Of a DNA stretch of 64,000 nucleotides, positions 27,560 through 36,864 are shown in pieces. The position numbers were made by a program, and so were the translations under genes. Each line of letters begins with the position of its first letter. Position 1 is the stretch's first letter. The DNA lies in the NCBI GenBank assembly GCA_023431185.1, contig JAEYXS010000065.1, forward strand, positions 142,057-206,056, written 5' to 3'. Source of the stretch: Verrucomicrobiota bacterium (GTDB taxonomy: Bacteria > Verrucomicrobiota > Verrucomicrobiia > Limisphaerales > JAEYXS01). The notes beneath the pieces are model-generated. The model was given only the letters and a program-made list of their open reading frames with translations. It made no database searches and was not told where the DNA came from.

Positions 27560-28768
27560 ATGAGTGAATTGTCGGACATCATTGTGGTGGGTGGTGGGCT
27601 GGTCGGGCTCGGGACGGCTTTGCGTCTTTCGGAGTTGAATCCGGGGAAGCGCGTGCGTGTTTTGGAAAAGGAGGCGGGCGTGGGGCGGCATCAGAGCACG
27701 CATAACAGCGGGGTGCTGCATTGTGGGCTTTATTACAAGCCGGGGTCGATCAAGGCGCGCATGGCGGTGAATGGCATCCGCGAGATGACGGCCTTCTGCC
27801 AGCAGCACGGCATCAAGCATGAGATCTGCGGGAAGCTGGTGGTGGCGACGGATGCGGCGGAAGTGGAGCGACTGCGGGAATTGGAGAGTCGCGGCACGAA
27901 GAACGGGCTGGAGGGCTTGCGCTGGTTGAGCGTGGAGGAGATGCGGGAGATCGAGCCTAACGTGGCAGGTCTCGCGGCGTTGCGCGTGCCGCAGGAGGGT
28001 ATCGTGGATTATGCGGGAGTTTGCGCGGCAATGGTTAAGGAGATTTCGCGGCTCGGTGGCGAAGTGGTGACGGGTGCTAAAGTGGAGATGCTCCGCTATC
28101 AAGGTGGCGAGTGGGTGGCGCTGACGAGTGCGGGGACGTTCAAGAGCAAGTTCCTGGTGAATTGCGCGGGGCTGCACTCGGATCGCGTGTGCGAGTTGGC
28201 GGGTGAGGAGCGGGAGGTGCGGATCGTGCCGTTTCGCGGTGAGTATTATCAACTGCGCAAGGAGCGGGAGCACCTGGTGAAGCATCTCATCTATCCGGTG
28301 CCGGACCCGAAGTTTCCATTCCTCGGTGTGCATTTCACGCGGATGATTCATGGCGGGGTGGAGGCGGGGCCGAATGCGGTGCTGGCCTTTTCACGCGAGG
28401 GGTATCGCAAGCAGGATGTGAACGTGGAGGATTTGGTGGATGCGCTGACGTTTGGCGGCTTGTGGAAGTTCATGGCGCAGTATCCGAGCATGTGCTGGGA
28501 TGAGATACAGCGGTCGTTCAGCAAACAATTGTTCTGCCAATCGCTGCAACGATTGGTGCCAGCGGTGCTGGAAAGTGATCTGGAACCGGGCGGTGCCGGG
28601 GTGCGCGCGCAGGCGATGGGCAATGATGGAACGCTGGTGCAGGATTTCTCGCTGGTGTGCAAAAATCAGGCGGTTCACGTGTTGAATGCGCCGAGTCCGG
28701 GGGCGACGGCGTCTTTGGCGATCGGCGGGGAGATCGCAAATCTGGTTGCCAAGGCCTATCCGCGCTAG
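27560..28768 (+). CDS. lhgO: L-2-hydroxyglutarate oxidase/dehydrogenase (FAD-dependent)
   Basis: 402 aa. Dinucleotide fold IIVVGGGLVGLG. HQSTHNSGVLHCGLYYKPGS is typical of LhgO. Confidence 0.85.
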   Translation: MSELSDIIVVGGGLVGLGTALRLSELNPGKRVRVLEKEAGVGRHQSTHNSGVLHCGLYYKPGSIKARMAVNGIREMTAFCQQHGIKHEICGKLVVATDAAEVERLRELESRGTKNGLEGLRWLSVEEMREIEPNVAGLAALRVPQEGIVDYAGVCAAMVKEISRLGGEVVTGAKVEMLRYQGGEWVALTSAGTFKSKFLVNCAGLHSDRVCELAGEEREVRIVPFRGEYYQLRKEREHLVKHLIYPVPDPKFPFLGVHFTRMIHGGVEAGPNAVLAFSREGYRKQDVNVEDLVDALTFGGLWKFMAQYPSMCWDEIQRSFSKQLFCQSLQRLVPAVLESDLEPGGAGVRAQAMGNDGTLVQDFSLVCKNQAVHVLNAPSPGATASLAIGGEIANLVAKAYPR

Positions 28769-28788
28769 TTAGCTAACAAAACTCAAAT

Positions 28789-29721
28789 ATGAAGATTCTT
28801 ATCACTGGTGGAGCGGGTTACTTGGGTTCGATCATTGTGCCGACGCTATTGGCGCAAGGGCATGAGGTGACGGTGCTGGACAATTTTTACTTCGGGCAGA
28901 ACAGCCTGCTGGATTGCTGCCATTACGATACGTTCAAGGTGGTGCGCGGGGATGCGCGCGAGGAGTCCATCGTGAAGCCGCTGGTGGCGAAGGCGGATGT
29001 GATCATCCCGCTGGCCGCGCTGGTGGGTGTGCCGCTGTGCAACACGGACCAGATCGCGACGACGACGACGAACCAGAATGCGGTGGAGATGATCTGCAAG
29101 CTGGCGAGCAAGGAGCAATGGGTGATCATGCCGGTGACGAACAGCGGTTACGGCATCGGCGAGAAGGGCAAGCATTGCACGGAAGACTCTCCGCTGCGTC
29201 CGCTCTCCACGTATGGCGTGACGAAGGTGAAGGCGGAAGAAGCCGTGCTGAGCCGCGAGAACAGCATCAGTTTCCGTCTGGCGACGGTGTTCGGTGCCGC
29301 ACCGCGCATGCGCCTGGACTTGCTGGTGAATGATTTCGTGTATCGCGCGGTGCATGATCGCGCGGTGGTGATCTTCGAAGGTCACTTCAAGCGCAATTAC
29401 ATCCATATCCGTGACGTGGCGAAGGCGTTCACGCATGGGTTGGCGAATTTTGAGTCGATGAAGGGCAAGGCGTACAACGTCGGCCTGGATGATGCGAATC
29501 TCTCCAAGCTCGAGCTGTGCGCAGTGATCCAGAAGCATTTGCCGAAGTTCGTGTTCATCGAGGCGCCGATCGGCGAGGATCCGGACAAGCGCGATTACAT
29601 CGTGTCGAACGCACGCATCGCGGCGACGGGTTACAAGCCGGACTGGGACTTGGATCGTGGCATCGTGGAATTGATTAAGACGTACACCATCATCCGAAAC
29701 ACGATCTACTCGAACGTGTAA
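28789..29721 (+). CDS. NAD-dependent sugar epimerase/dehydratase/reductase (extended SDR)
   Basis: 310 aa. Contains ILITGGAGYLGS and the catalytic YGVTK (YxxxK). Confidence 0.85.
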   Translation: MKILITGGAGYLGSIIVPTLLAQGHEVTVLDNFYFGQNSLLDCCHYDTFKVVRGDAREESIVKPLVAKADVIIPLAALVGVPLCNTDQIATTTTNQNAVEMICKLASKEQWVIMPVTNSGYGIGEKGKHCTEDSPLRPLSTYGVTKVKAEEAVLSRENSISFRLATVFGAAPRMRLDLLVNDFVYRAVHDRAVVIFEGHFKRNYIHIRDVAKAFTHGLANFESMKGKAYNVGLDDANLSKLELCAVIQKHLPKFVFIEAPIGEDPDKRDYIVSNARIAATGYKPDWDLDRGIVELIKTYTIIRNTIYSNV

Positions 29722-29742
29722 GGAGCGAGCGGAAGGAAGCGC

Positions 29743-30477
29743 GTGGGGTTGCAAGCATCAGAGATCGCGGCGGTGGTTCTGGCGGGGGGATTTGGCACGC
29801 GCATCCGGCATTTGCTGGCGGACCTGCCGAAGCCGATGGCGCCGGTGGCGGATAAGCCCTTCGTAGAATGGGTGGTCCGCTATCTGAAGCGGCAAGGCAT
29901 CACGCGCATCGGCCTCTCCACAGGTTATCTTGGAGATACCATCGAGGCGCATTTCGCGACGAAGCCGGTGAGCGATGTGGAAACGAAATGCGTGCGGGAA
30001 ACCGATCCGCTGGGAACGGCGGGCGGTTTCTGGCAAACTGCGCAAGGGACCGACTGGACGCCCAAGGCGTGGCTGGTGCTGAATGGAGATTCGCTGGCGC
30101 TGGCGGAGTTGGCACCGCTGTGGAACGCGGTGGGCGAAGGCGATGCGGGAGGTTTACTCGGCCTGCACATGGATGATGCGGGACGCTATGGGACGCTCAA
30201 AACGAACGGGCAAAAACAGCTCGTGAGCTTTGAAGAGAAGGGACCCGGTTCGGGTCTCATTAATGCAGGCGTGTATCTGCTACGACATGAGTTGCTGGTG
30301 GGTTTCCCGGCGCACCGGCCATTGAGTTTCGAGCGGGATGTGTTTGGAGGATTGCTGAAAGAGGGTAAGACCTTGCGCGTGGTGGAGGAGCAATGTGAGT
30401 TCCTAGACATAGGCACGCCGGAGACATTGCCGCAGGCGACGGAGTTTGTGCGGCAGAATGAGAGATGGTTTGTATGA
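29743..30477 (+). CDS. sugar-1-phosphate nucleotidyltransferase (HddC/ManC-like)
   Basis: 244 aa. GTG start preceded by GGAAGGAAG. The signature is VVLAGGFGTRIRHLLADLPKPMAPV. Confidence 0.8.
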   Translation: MGLQASEIAAVVLAGGFGTRIRHLLADLPKPMAPVADKPFVEWVVRYLKRQGITRIGLSTGYLGDTIEAHFATKPVSDVETKCVRETDPLGTAGGFWQTAQGTDWTPKAWLVLNGDSLALAELAPLWNAVGEGDAGGLLGLHMDDAGRYGTLKTNGQKQLVSFEEKGPGSGLINAGVYLLRHELLVGFPAHRPLSFERDVFGGLLKEGKTLRVVEEQCEFLDIGTPETLPQATEFVRQNERWFV

Positions 30478-31007
30478 ACACCGCAAGCTTGCCTGTCACC
30501 CCGGTATCCGCGCACTCTGGTGATATGTCCACCGTGGCCCATGGTATGTTCGCGCCGCGTCCGCTGAGTGCCATCACGCGGCAACGGTTCGGCGTGGGCG
30601 TGATCGTGGAAGATGCACAGGGGCGCATCCTGCTCGAGCAACGGCGGGATTGTGGGATGTGGGGTTTGTGCGGTGGCGCGCTGGATTTGGGTGAATCCTT
30701 TGAAGCAGCGGCAATCCGAGAGGTGAAAGAAGAGACGGGCTTGGATGTGGAGATCATCCGACTGCAAGGCGTCTATTCCGGGCCACAGTATCGCATTGTG
30801 TATTTCGCGGATAATGGGGATGTGACGCAGAAGCTCGATGTTGTGCTGGTGGCGCGCATCACGGGCGGTAAGTTGGCGAAGAGCCATGAGAGCGAGACGC
30901 TGGAATTTTTTACGCGCGAGACGTTACCGGCGTGGGAACAGATGGTGCCGCCGGTGTGGGAGCCTTTGAAAGATTATCTCGCGAACAAAACGGGAGTGAT
31001 TGCCTAG
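30465..31007 (+). CDS. NUDIX hydrolase
   Basis: Nudix box GGALDLGESFEAAAIREVKEETGL. An alternative ATG at 30474 forms an ATGA overlap with the upstream stop. Confidence 0.8.
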   Translation: MVCMNTASLPVTPVSAHSGDMSTVAHGMFAPRPLSAITRQRFGVGVIVEDAQGRILLEQRRDCGMWGLCGGALDLGESFEAAAIREVKEETGLDVEIIRLQGVYSGPQYRIVYFADNGDVTQKLDVVLVARITGGKLAKSHESETLEFFTRETLPAWEQMVPPVWEPLKDYLANKTGVIA

Positions 31008-31010
31008 CCT

Positions 31011-32063
31011 ATGATCATCAGCCGCACACCTTTTCGCATCTCGTTCTTCGGCGGGGGCACGGATTATCCGCTTTGGTATCGGGAGCATGGCGGCGCGGTC
31101 TTGGGCGCGACGATCAACAAGTATTGCTATCTCACGGTGCGTTACCTGCCACCGTTCTTCGAACACCGCATTCGCGTGGTGTATTCAAAGATCGAGGACT
31201 GCAAGACGATTGATGAGATCGTGCATCCGTCCGCGCGCGAGGTGTTACGCTTTTTGGAATTGCATCGCGGCGTGGAGATCCATCATGACGGTGACCTGCC
31301 GGGGCGCAGTGGAATGGGGTCCAGTTCGGCCTTCACGGTGGGTTTGCTGCACGCGCTGTATGCCTTGAAGGGCAAGATGGTCGGTAAAAAGCAACTCGCG
31401 GAAGAGAGCATCAAGATCGAGCAGGAGATATTGAAAGAGACGGTGGGTTCGCAAGACCAGGTGGCGGCGGCTTACGGTGGCTTCAACCAGATCACGTTCA
31501 ATCGCAATGACGAGTTCTCGGTGCGGCCGGTGACCTTGGCCACGGAGCGATTGCAGGAGTTGAACAAGCATCTGCTGCTCTTCTACACGGGCATCAAGCG
31601 CACGGCATCCAGCGTCGCGTCGTCCTATGTCACGGACATGGGGAAGAAGACGGCGGTGTTGCATCGCATGCGCGAGATGGTGGATGAGAGCGCGGGGATT
31701 TTGAGCGGGAAGGGCGACTTGGCTCCGTTCGGCCATCTGCTGCACGAAGCTTGGCAGGCGAAGCGCAGCTTGGGCGATAAGATCTCCAATGACCGCGTGG
31801 ACCAGCTTTATGTAGAGGCGAGGGAAGCCGGGGCCTTGGGCGGCAAGCTCTTAGGAGCGGGCGGAGGTGGTTTCCTGCTGCTCTTCGCACCGCCCGAGAC
31901 GCATGCCAAGATCCGGGAAAAGCTCTGCCGGCTCATCCATGTGCCGTTCGAGTTCGAGTTTTCGGGCAGCCAGATCATTTTCTTCGATCCGCAGGAGGAT
32001 TTCTCCGAGCAGGAGAAACGTCGGGCTAGCCAGGAAATCGACGATTTCGAGGAATTGACCTGA
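31011..32063 (+). CDS. GHMP-family sugar kinase (HddA-like)
   Basis: 350 aa. Contains MIISRTPFRISFFGGGTDYP, the GHMP motif PGRSGMGSSSAFTVG, and GGKLLGAGGGGFLL. Confidence 0.8.
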   Translation: MIISRTPFRISFFGGGTDYPLWYREHGGAVLGATINKYCYLTVRYLPPFFEHRIRVVYSKIEDCKTIDEIVHPSAREVLRFLELHRGVEIHHDGDLPGRSGMGSSSAFTVGLLHALYALKGKMVGKKQLAEESIKIEQEILKETVGSQDQVAAAYGGFNQITFNRNDEFSVRPVTLATERLQELNKHLLLFYTGIKRTASSVASSYVTDMGKKTAVLHRMREMVDESAGILSGKGDLAPFGHLLHEAWQAKRSLGDKISNDRVDQLYVEAREAGALGGKLLGAGGGGFLLLFAPPETHAKIREKLCRLIHVPFEFEFSGSQIIFFDPQEDFSEQEKRRASQEIDDFEELT

Positions 32064-32103
32064 CCAAGGGGGGCAGTTACGTTCACCGGACCGTTTTTTT
32101 AGG

Positions 32104-32125
32104 CGGCCAATCGTGAGATTGGCCG
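32104..32125 (+). other. perfect 9-bp stem with GNRA tetraloop (CGGCCAATC-GTGA-GATTGGCCG)
   Basis: Read directly. It lies in a 103-nt intra-cluster gap and is preceded by a T7 run at 32094-32100. Confidence 0.45.
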
Positions 32126-32166
32126 GTAAATTGCACTCTTTTGGGTGCGACTGAGACAGGTTGTTG

Positions 32167-32778
32167 ATGATTACGAAGCTGACGGCTGAAGAATTGGTCC
32201 AGTTTGAGACTGAGATCGCGAATACCTTCAATCAAGGTAAGATACGCGCTCCCATCCACTTATACTCTGGGAACGAGGAAAAAATGATCGAGATTTTCCG
32301 CGATGTGAAAGCGGACGATTGGGTCATGTGCTCCTGGCGCAGCCATTACCAATGCCTGCTGAAAGGTGTTCCGCCTGAGAAGGTGCGCGCGGAGATCCTT
32401 GCGGGTCATTCCATCACGCTGTGCTTCCCAGAACATCGCATCGTGTCCTCGGCCATCGTGGGCGGCATTGTTCCGATCGCGGTGGGCATCGCCATGGGTA
32501 TCAAGCGGCAGGGCGGGACGAACAAGGTGCATTGTTTCATGGGCGAGATGACGGCGGAGACGGGCATCGCGCATGAGTCGGTGAAGTATGCGATCAATCA
32601 CGAACTGCCGATCCGGTTCATCGTGGAAGACAACGGCAAGTCCGTCTGCACGGACACGCGCGAAGCGTGGAACCAGAAAGTGCTGAGCTTTGAGAACCCG
32701 ACGCACCCCTCCATCCTCTCTTACAAATATCAAACGAAGTATCCGCATGCCGGTGCCGGTGTCCGCGTGCAATTCTAA
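32167..32778 (+). CDS. short TPP-dependent E1 alpha-subunit-like protein
   Basis: About 203 aa from the ATG at 32167. TPP-motif-like GEMTAETG-x22-EDNG, a D-to-E variant of GDG-x25-30-N. About 60% of the canonical E1-alpha length. Confidence 0.65.
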   Translation: MITKLTAEELVQFETEIANTFNQGKIRAPIHLYSGNEEKMIEIFRDVKADDWVMCSWRSHYQCLLKGVPPEKVRAEILAGHSITLCFPEHRIVSSAIVGGIVPIAVGIAMGIKRQGGTNKVHCFMGEMTAETGIAHESVKYAINHELPIRFIVEDNGKSVCTDTREAWNQKVLSFENPTHPSILSYKYQTKYPHAGAGVRVQF

Positions 32779-32784
32779 GCGACC

Positions 32785-33321
32785 ATGAAATATTTTGACG
32801 AATTGAGCCGCTCGATGGAGATGCTGGGACGCGATCCCCGCACGGTTTTCATGGGCCAAGCGGTGGCCTGTCCGGGCACGGGCATGACGAACACGTTGAA
32901 GAACGTGCCGCGTGAGAAACTGCTCGAACTTCCTGTCGCCGAAGAGATGCAGATGGGCATGTCCACGGGCATGGCGCTGTCGGGCTTGGTTCCGGTAAGC
33001 ATCTATCCGCGTTGGAACTTTCTGTTGCTCGCGGTGAACCAGATCGTGGGGCACCTCGACAAGATGTCGGCGATGTCTGACGGCGGGTACCAGCCGAAGG
33101 TCATCATCCGCACGGGAATCGGTTCCGAGCGTCCGCTGCATCCGCAGTTCCAGCATGTGGGTGACTTCACCGAGGCGTTCAAGCTGATGTGCACGACGAT
33201 TGAGGTCATCCGCTTGGATGAACCGCAGGACATCTATCCCGCTTACGAGAAGGCTTTGAACCGCACCGACGGCCGCAGCACGTTGATCGTGGAATACGGC
33301 GATTACTACAATGAGAAGTGA
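32785..33321 (+). CDS. short E1 beta-subunit / transketolase pyrimidine-binding-domain-like protein
   Basis: 178 aa. The sequence VFMGQAV...LELPVAEEMQMGMSTGMALSG resembles the Transket_pyr domain. The C-terminal domain of full-length E1-beta is absent. Confidence 0.65.
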   Translation: MKYFDELSRSMEMLGRDPRTVFMGQAVACPGTGMTNTLKNVPREKLLELPVAEEMQMGMSTGMALSGLVPVSIYPRWNFLLLAVNQIVGHLDKMSAMSDGGYQPKVIIRTGIGSERPLHPQFQHVGDFTEAFKLMCTTIEVIRLDEPQDIYPAYEKALNRTDGRSTLIVEYGDYYNEK

Positions 33322-34525
33322 GACTTTAACCGCTCCACCCGCTGTGACTGCACCGAATCTTAAGTGGCCTTTGATGGCCAATAATATTCCCCGTGGCGAT
33401 CTCGATACGCTGATAAAGTTCCTGCAGCAGGATGATCCGATCCTGACGCAATCCACGAACGTCCGCGCCTTCGAAAAAGAATGGTCCGAATGGCTCGGCT
33501 GCAAATACAGCGTGTTCGTGAACTCCGGCGCTTCGGCGAACTGCATCACGATGGCCGCTCTGCGTGAACTCTACGGCCCGGGTGAAGTCATCGTGCCGAC
33601 GCTCACTTGGGTATCGGATATCGCGTCCGTACTGCAAGCCGGTCTGTCGCCCGTGTTCGTGGACATTGACAACAGCCACTTGGGCATGGATACGGATGAG
33701 ATCCTGCGCAAGATCACGCCGAACACGCGGGCTGTCTTTTTGACTTATGTCCTCGGCTACAATGCTTTGAACCAGCGTTTGCTGGACGAGTTGCAGAAGC
33801 GGAACATCCCGCTCATCGAAGACGTCTGTGAATCTCACGGTGCGACGTTCAAGGGCAAGAAGCTGGGCAGCTATGGGTTTGCCTCCAACTTCTCATTCTA
33901 TTACGCGCATCACATGAGCACGATCGAAGGTGGCATGATTTGCACGAACGATGCGAAATTTTACGAGGCCGTGCGCATGTTCCGTTCACACGGCATGGTG
34001 CGTGAGGTGCCTTCCGAAGCGGTGAAGGAAGAGTATAAGACGAAGTTCCCGGACCTGAACCCGGACTTCATCTTTGCCTATCCCGCTTACAACATGCGCA
34101 GCACGGAATTGAACGCGGTGCTGGGCCGTGAACAGCTCAAGCGGTTGGACGCGAACAACGTGATCCGCAGCGAGAACCTGCAACTGTTCCTGAAAGGGCT
34201 TGACTCTTCGAAGTATTGGACGGAGTTCGACTGTGAAGGGAGCAGTAACTACGCGTTCACACTGGTCATCCGCAAGGCGGATCCTGAGTTTCGCGATCGC
34301 CTGGAGAAGGCGCTTCGTGCGGCGGGTGTAGAGTTCCGGCGTGGTACGTCGGGTGGCGGCAACCAGTTGCGCCAGCCGTATCTGCGGCGCATCTTCGGCA
34401 ATGAATTTGAGAAGTATCCGAAAGTGAACCACGTTCACTTCTATGGTTACTACATCGGCAATTATCCGGATCTGGACCGCAGCAAAATCGCGCAATTGTG
34501 CGACTTGTTGAACAATCTGAAGTAA
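33311..34525 (+). CDS. DegT/DnrJ/EryC1/StrS-family PLP enzyme with His in place of the Schiff-base Lys (ColD/E1-type sugar 3-dehydratase candidate)
   Basis: 404 aa; an alternative start is ATG 33374. SFYYAHHMSTIEGG aligns with the family motif SF-x-x-x-K-x-x-[ST]-x-x-EGG, with H at the K position. Confidence 0.75.
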   Translation: MRSETLTAPPAVTAPNLKWPLMANNIPRGDLDTLIKFLQQDDPILTQSTNVRAFEKEWSEWLGCKYSVFVNSGASANCITMAALRELYGPGEVIVPTLTWVSDIASVLQAGLSPVFVDIDNSHLGMDTDEILRKITPNTRAVFLTYVLGYNALNQRLLDELQKRNIPLIEDVCESHGATFKGKKLGSYGFASNFSFYYAHHMSTIEGGMICTNDAKFYEAVRMFRSHGMVREVPSEAVKEEYKTKFPDLNPDFIFAYPAYNMRSTELNAVLGREQLKRLDANNVIRSENLQLFLKGLDSSKYWTEFDCEGSSNYAFTLVIRKADPEFRDRLEKALRAAGVEFRRGTSGGGNQLRQPYLRRIFGNEFEKYPKVNHVHFYGYYIGNYPDLDRSKIAQLCDLLNNLK

Positions 34526-34533
34526 GTATAAAC

Positions 34534-36075
34534 ATGAATCGCCCGCTAGATGTTCTGTTCGTCAATGCTGACTCCGCGGCCACCGCGTATCAGGAGTTGA
34601 GCAAGGACTTCTCGGCCATCGAGCCGCCAACCTGGGCATTGCTGCTCGCGCAGAGCTGCCGGGCGAAGAGCTATGGCGTGGCCATCCTCGATTGCGGTGC
34701 GGAACGGTTGAGCGAAGAAGTTTCGGCACAGCGTATCCATGAAGCGAAGGCACGCTTGGTCTGCTTTGTGGTCTATGGGCAGAACCCGAACTCGGGCACG
34801 ACCAACATGATCGGGGCCACCGCACTGGCCCGTAAGGTGAAGGCGCTGAACCCGGAAGCGATCATCTGCTTCGTCGGTTCGCATACTAGTGCATTGCCGA
34901 TGGAGGTGCTGTCGTTCGATTGCATCGACCTCATCTTGCTGAACGAAGGTGTGTATGCATTGCACAACCTGTTGAAGACGGACCTCAAGACCGGCTTGGA
35001 CAAGGTCAAGGGCATCGGTCACAAGACGGGGGGTATACCGCAGTTGAATCCGCCCGAGATCGTGGTGCCACATGAGCGGATGGATGAAGACTTACCGGGT
35101 TACGCGTGGGACCTGTTGCCGTATAAGAGCAGTCCGCTGGACCTGTATCGCGCGCATTTCTGGCACGCGGAGTTCAATCACAACCTGCGCACGCCGTTCG
35201 CCGCGATGTATACGTCGCTGGGGTGCAAGTTCAAGTGCGACTTCTGCATGATCAACATCGTGAACCGCGTGGATAACGCGGACGGTGTGGCCTCGGCGAA
35301 CTCGCCGAACATGCGCTTCTGGACGCCACAGTTCATCCTGAAGGAGTTCGACAAGCTGGCGGGGTATGGGGTGGAGACGATCCGGCTTTCGGACGAGATG
35401 TTCTTTCTGAACAAGAACTACTACGAACCGTTGCTGAAGGGCATTCTCGAACGCGGCCACAAGTTCCGCATGTGGTCGTACTCGCGCATCGATACGGTGC
35501 GTCCGCAGTATCTGGATCTGTTCCAGAAGGCGGGCATCGGCTGGCTGGCATTGGGCGTGGAAGCGGCGAGCCAGGTGATTCGCAGTGAAGTGTCGAAGGG
35601 ATCCTTCCAAGAGGTGAACATCCGCGAGGTGTGCAAGACTATCCGCGGCTCGGGCATCAACATCATCTCGAACTACATCTACGGGTTCCCGGATGACACG
35701 ATCGAGACGATGCAGCAGACGCTGGATCTGGCGCTGGAGCTGAACACGGAAATGGTGAACATGTATCCGTGCCAGGCGTTGCCGGGCAGTCCGCTGTATT
35801 ACACGGCGAAGGCAAACAAATGGCCGCTGCCGGACTCGTATTCGGGCTATGCATTCCTCTCGTATGACAGCCAGCCCTTGCCCACGAAGCATTGCACGGC
35901 AGCTGAAGTGCTGAAGTTCCGCGATGAAGCATGGCACAAGTATTTTGCACATCAGCCGTTCCTCGACCTGGTGCAAAGGAAGTTTGGCGAACAGCAGCGC
36001 AAGAACGTGGAAACGATGGCCAGCATCAAGCTCCGCCGCAAACTCCTCGGTGATCCCGCGCCGGTAAAGAAGTAA
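34534..36075 (+). CDS. B12-binding-domain radical SAM protein (class B)
   Basis: Start trimmed to the ATG at 34534. N-terminal Rossmann-like cobalamin domain (DVLFVNADS...). The radical-SAM cluster motif is GCKFKCDFC (CxxxCxxC). Confidence 0.85.
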   Translation: MNRPLDVLFVNADSAATAYQELSKDFSAIEPPTWALLLAQSCRAKSYGVAILDCGAERLSEEVSAQRIHEAKARLVCFVVYGQNPNSGTTNMIGATALARKVKALNPEAIICFVGSHTSALPMEVLSFDCIDLILLNEGVYALHNLLKTDLKTGLDKVKGIGHKTGGIPQLNPPEIVVPHERMDEDLPGYAWDLLPYKSSPLDLYRAHFWHAEFNHNLRTPFAAMYTSLGCKFKCDFCMINIVNRVDNADGVASANSPNMRFWTPQFILKEFDKLAGYGVETIRLSDEMFFLNKNYYEPLLKGILERGHKFRMWSYSRIDTVRPQYLDLFQKAGIGWLALGVEAASQVIRSEVSKGSFQEVNIREVCKTIRGSGINIISNYIYGFPDDTIETMQQTLDLALELNTEMVNMYPCQALPGSPLYYTAKANKWPLPDSYSGYAFLSYDSQPLPTKHCTAAEVLKFRDEAWHKYFAHQPFLDLVQRKFGEQQRKNVETMASIKLRRKLLGDPAPVKK

Positions 36076-36081
36076 GTCGGT

Positions 36082-36858
36082 ATGGCCAAGATCAGCCTCA
36101 TCCTCGTCTCGCATAATAAGCCCAAGTATGTGCGCGAGGCGATCGATGGTGTGCTGAAGCAGACGTTTCAGGATTGGGAGATGATCTTGGTGGATAGCGG
36201 CGTTTTGTTGAACCAAGGCTTCTTTAAAGGACTTAATGACCCGCGCGTCACCATTATTCCTTCCGGTGAAACTAAGGAGATGGTGAAGACGCATAACATG
36301 GCATCGTGGTGCTTCAATCAGGTGATCAACGCCGGACGTTGCTCCGGTGAAATCCTTTTCTATCTCTGTGATGATGATGTGCTGTATCCGAATGCCTTCG
36401 AGGTCGTTTGGAATTACTACATCCAAAACAACCGCGAACCGCAGGCGATATATGCGTCACAAGACATCGGCGTTACGGATGCGGAAGGCGTGACTAAGAT
36501 CGTAGGGCAACGTCGGGCGGATAAGCCGGCGGGCAAATTCTGCAAGGGGCGCAAACTAGATGGTGAGGTGGATTACCTGCAATTCTATCATGCTACTGCC
36601 TTGCTCAAGAAAGTGGCGGAAGCACAGGGGAATACACTCTATCATCCGGAAGACAAGCGCTTAGGGCATCATGCGGACGGTGTGTTCATGGAGAAGCTGG
36701 GCAAGCTCACGAAGGTGCACAACATCGACGTGGTGATCAGCATGAATCGTCGCACGGTGGATAGCGTGAACATCCCGCACAGCGATTCCTTCTTCGTGAA
36801 GCTCAAGCACAAGGTGCGTTGCAATTACAACGACCTCATGGTGAAGCTGGGGCTTTGA
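36082..36858 (+). CDS. family-2 glycosyltransferase
   Basis: 258 aa. ISLILVSHNKPKYVREAIDGVLKQTFQDWEMILVDSG, plus a later DDD motif. Confidence 0.8.
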   Translation: MAKISLILVSHNKPKYVREAIDGVLKQTFQDWEMILVDSGVLLNQGFFKGLNDPRVTIIPSGETKEMVKTHNMASWCFNQVINAGRCSGEILFYLCDDDVLYPNAFEVVWNYYIQNNREPQAIYASQDIGVTDAEGVTKIVGQRRADKPAGKFCKGRKLDGEVDYLQFYHATALLKKVAEAQGNTLYHPEDKRLGHHADGVFMEKLGKLTKVHNIDVVISMNRRTVDSVNIPHSDSFFVKLKHKVRCNYNDLMVKLGL

Positions 36859-36864
36859 ACTGGC

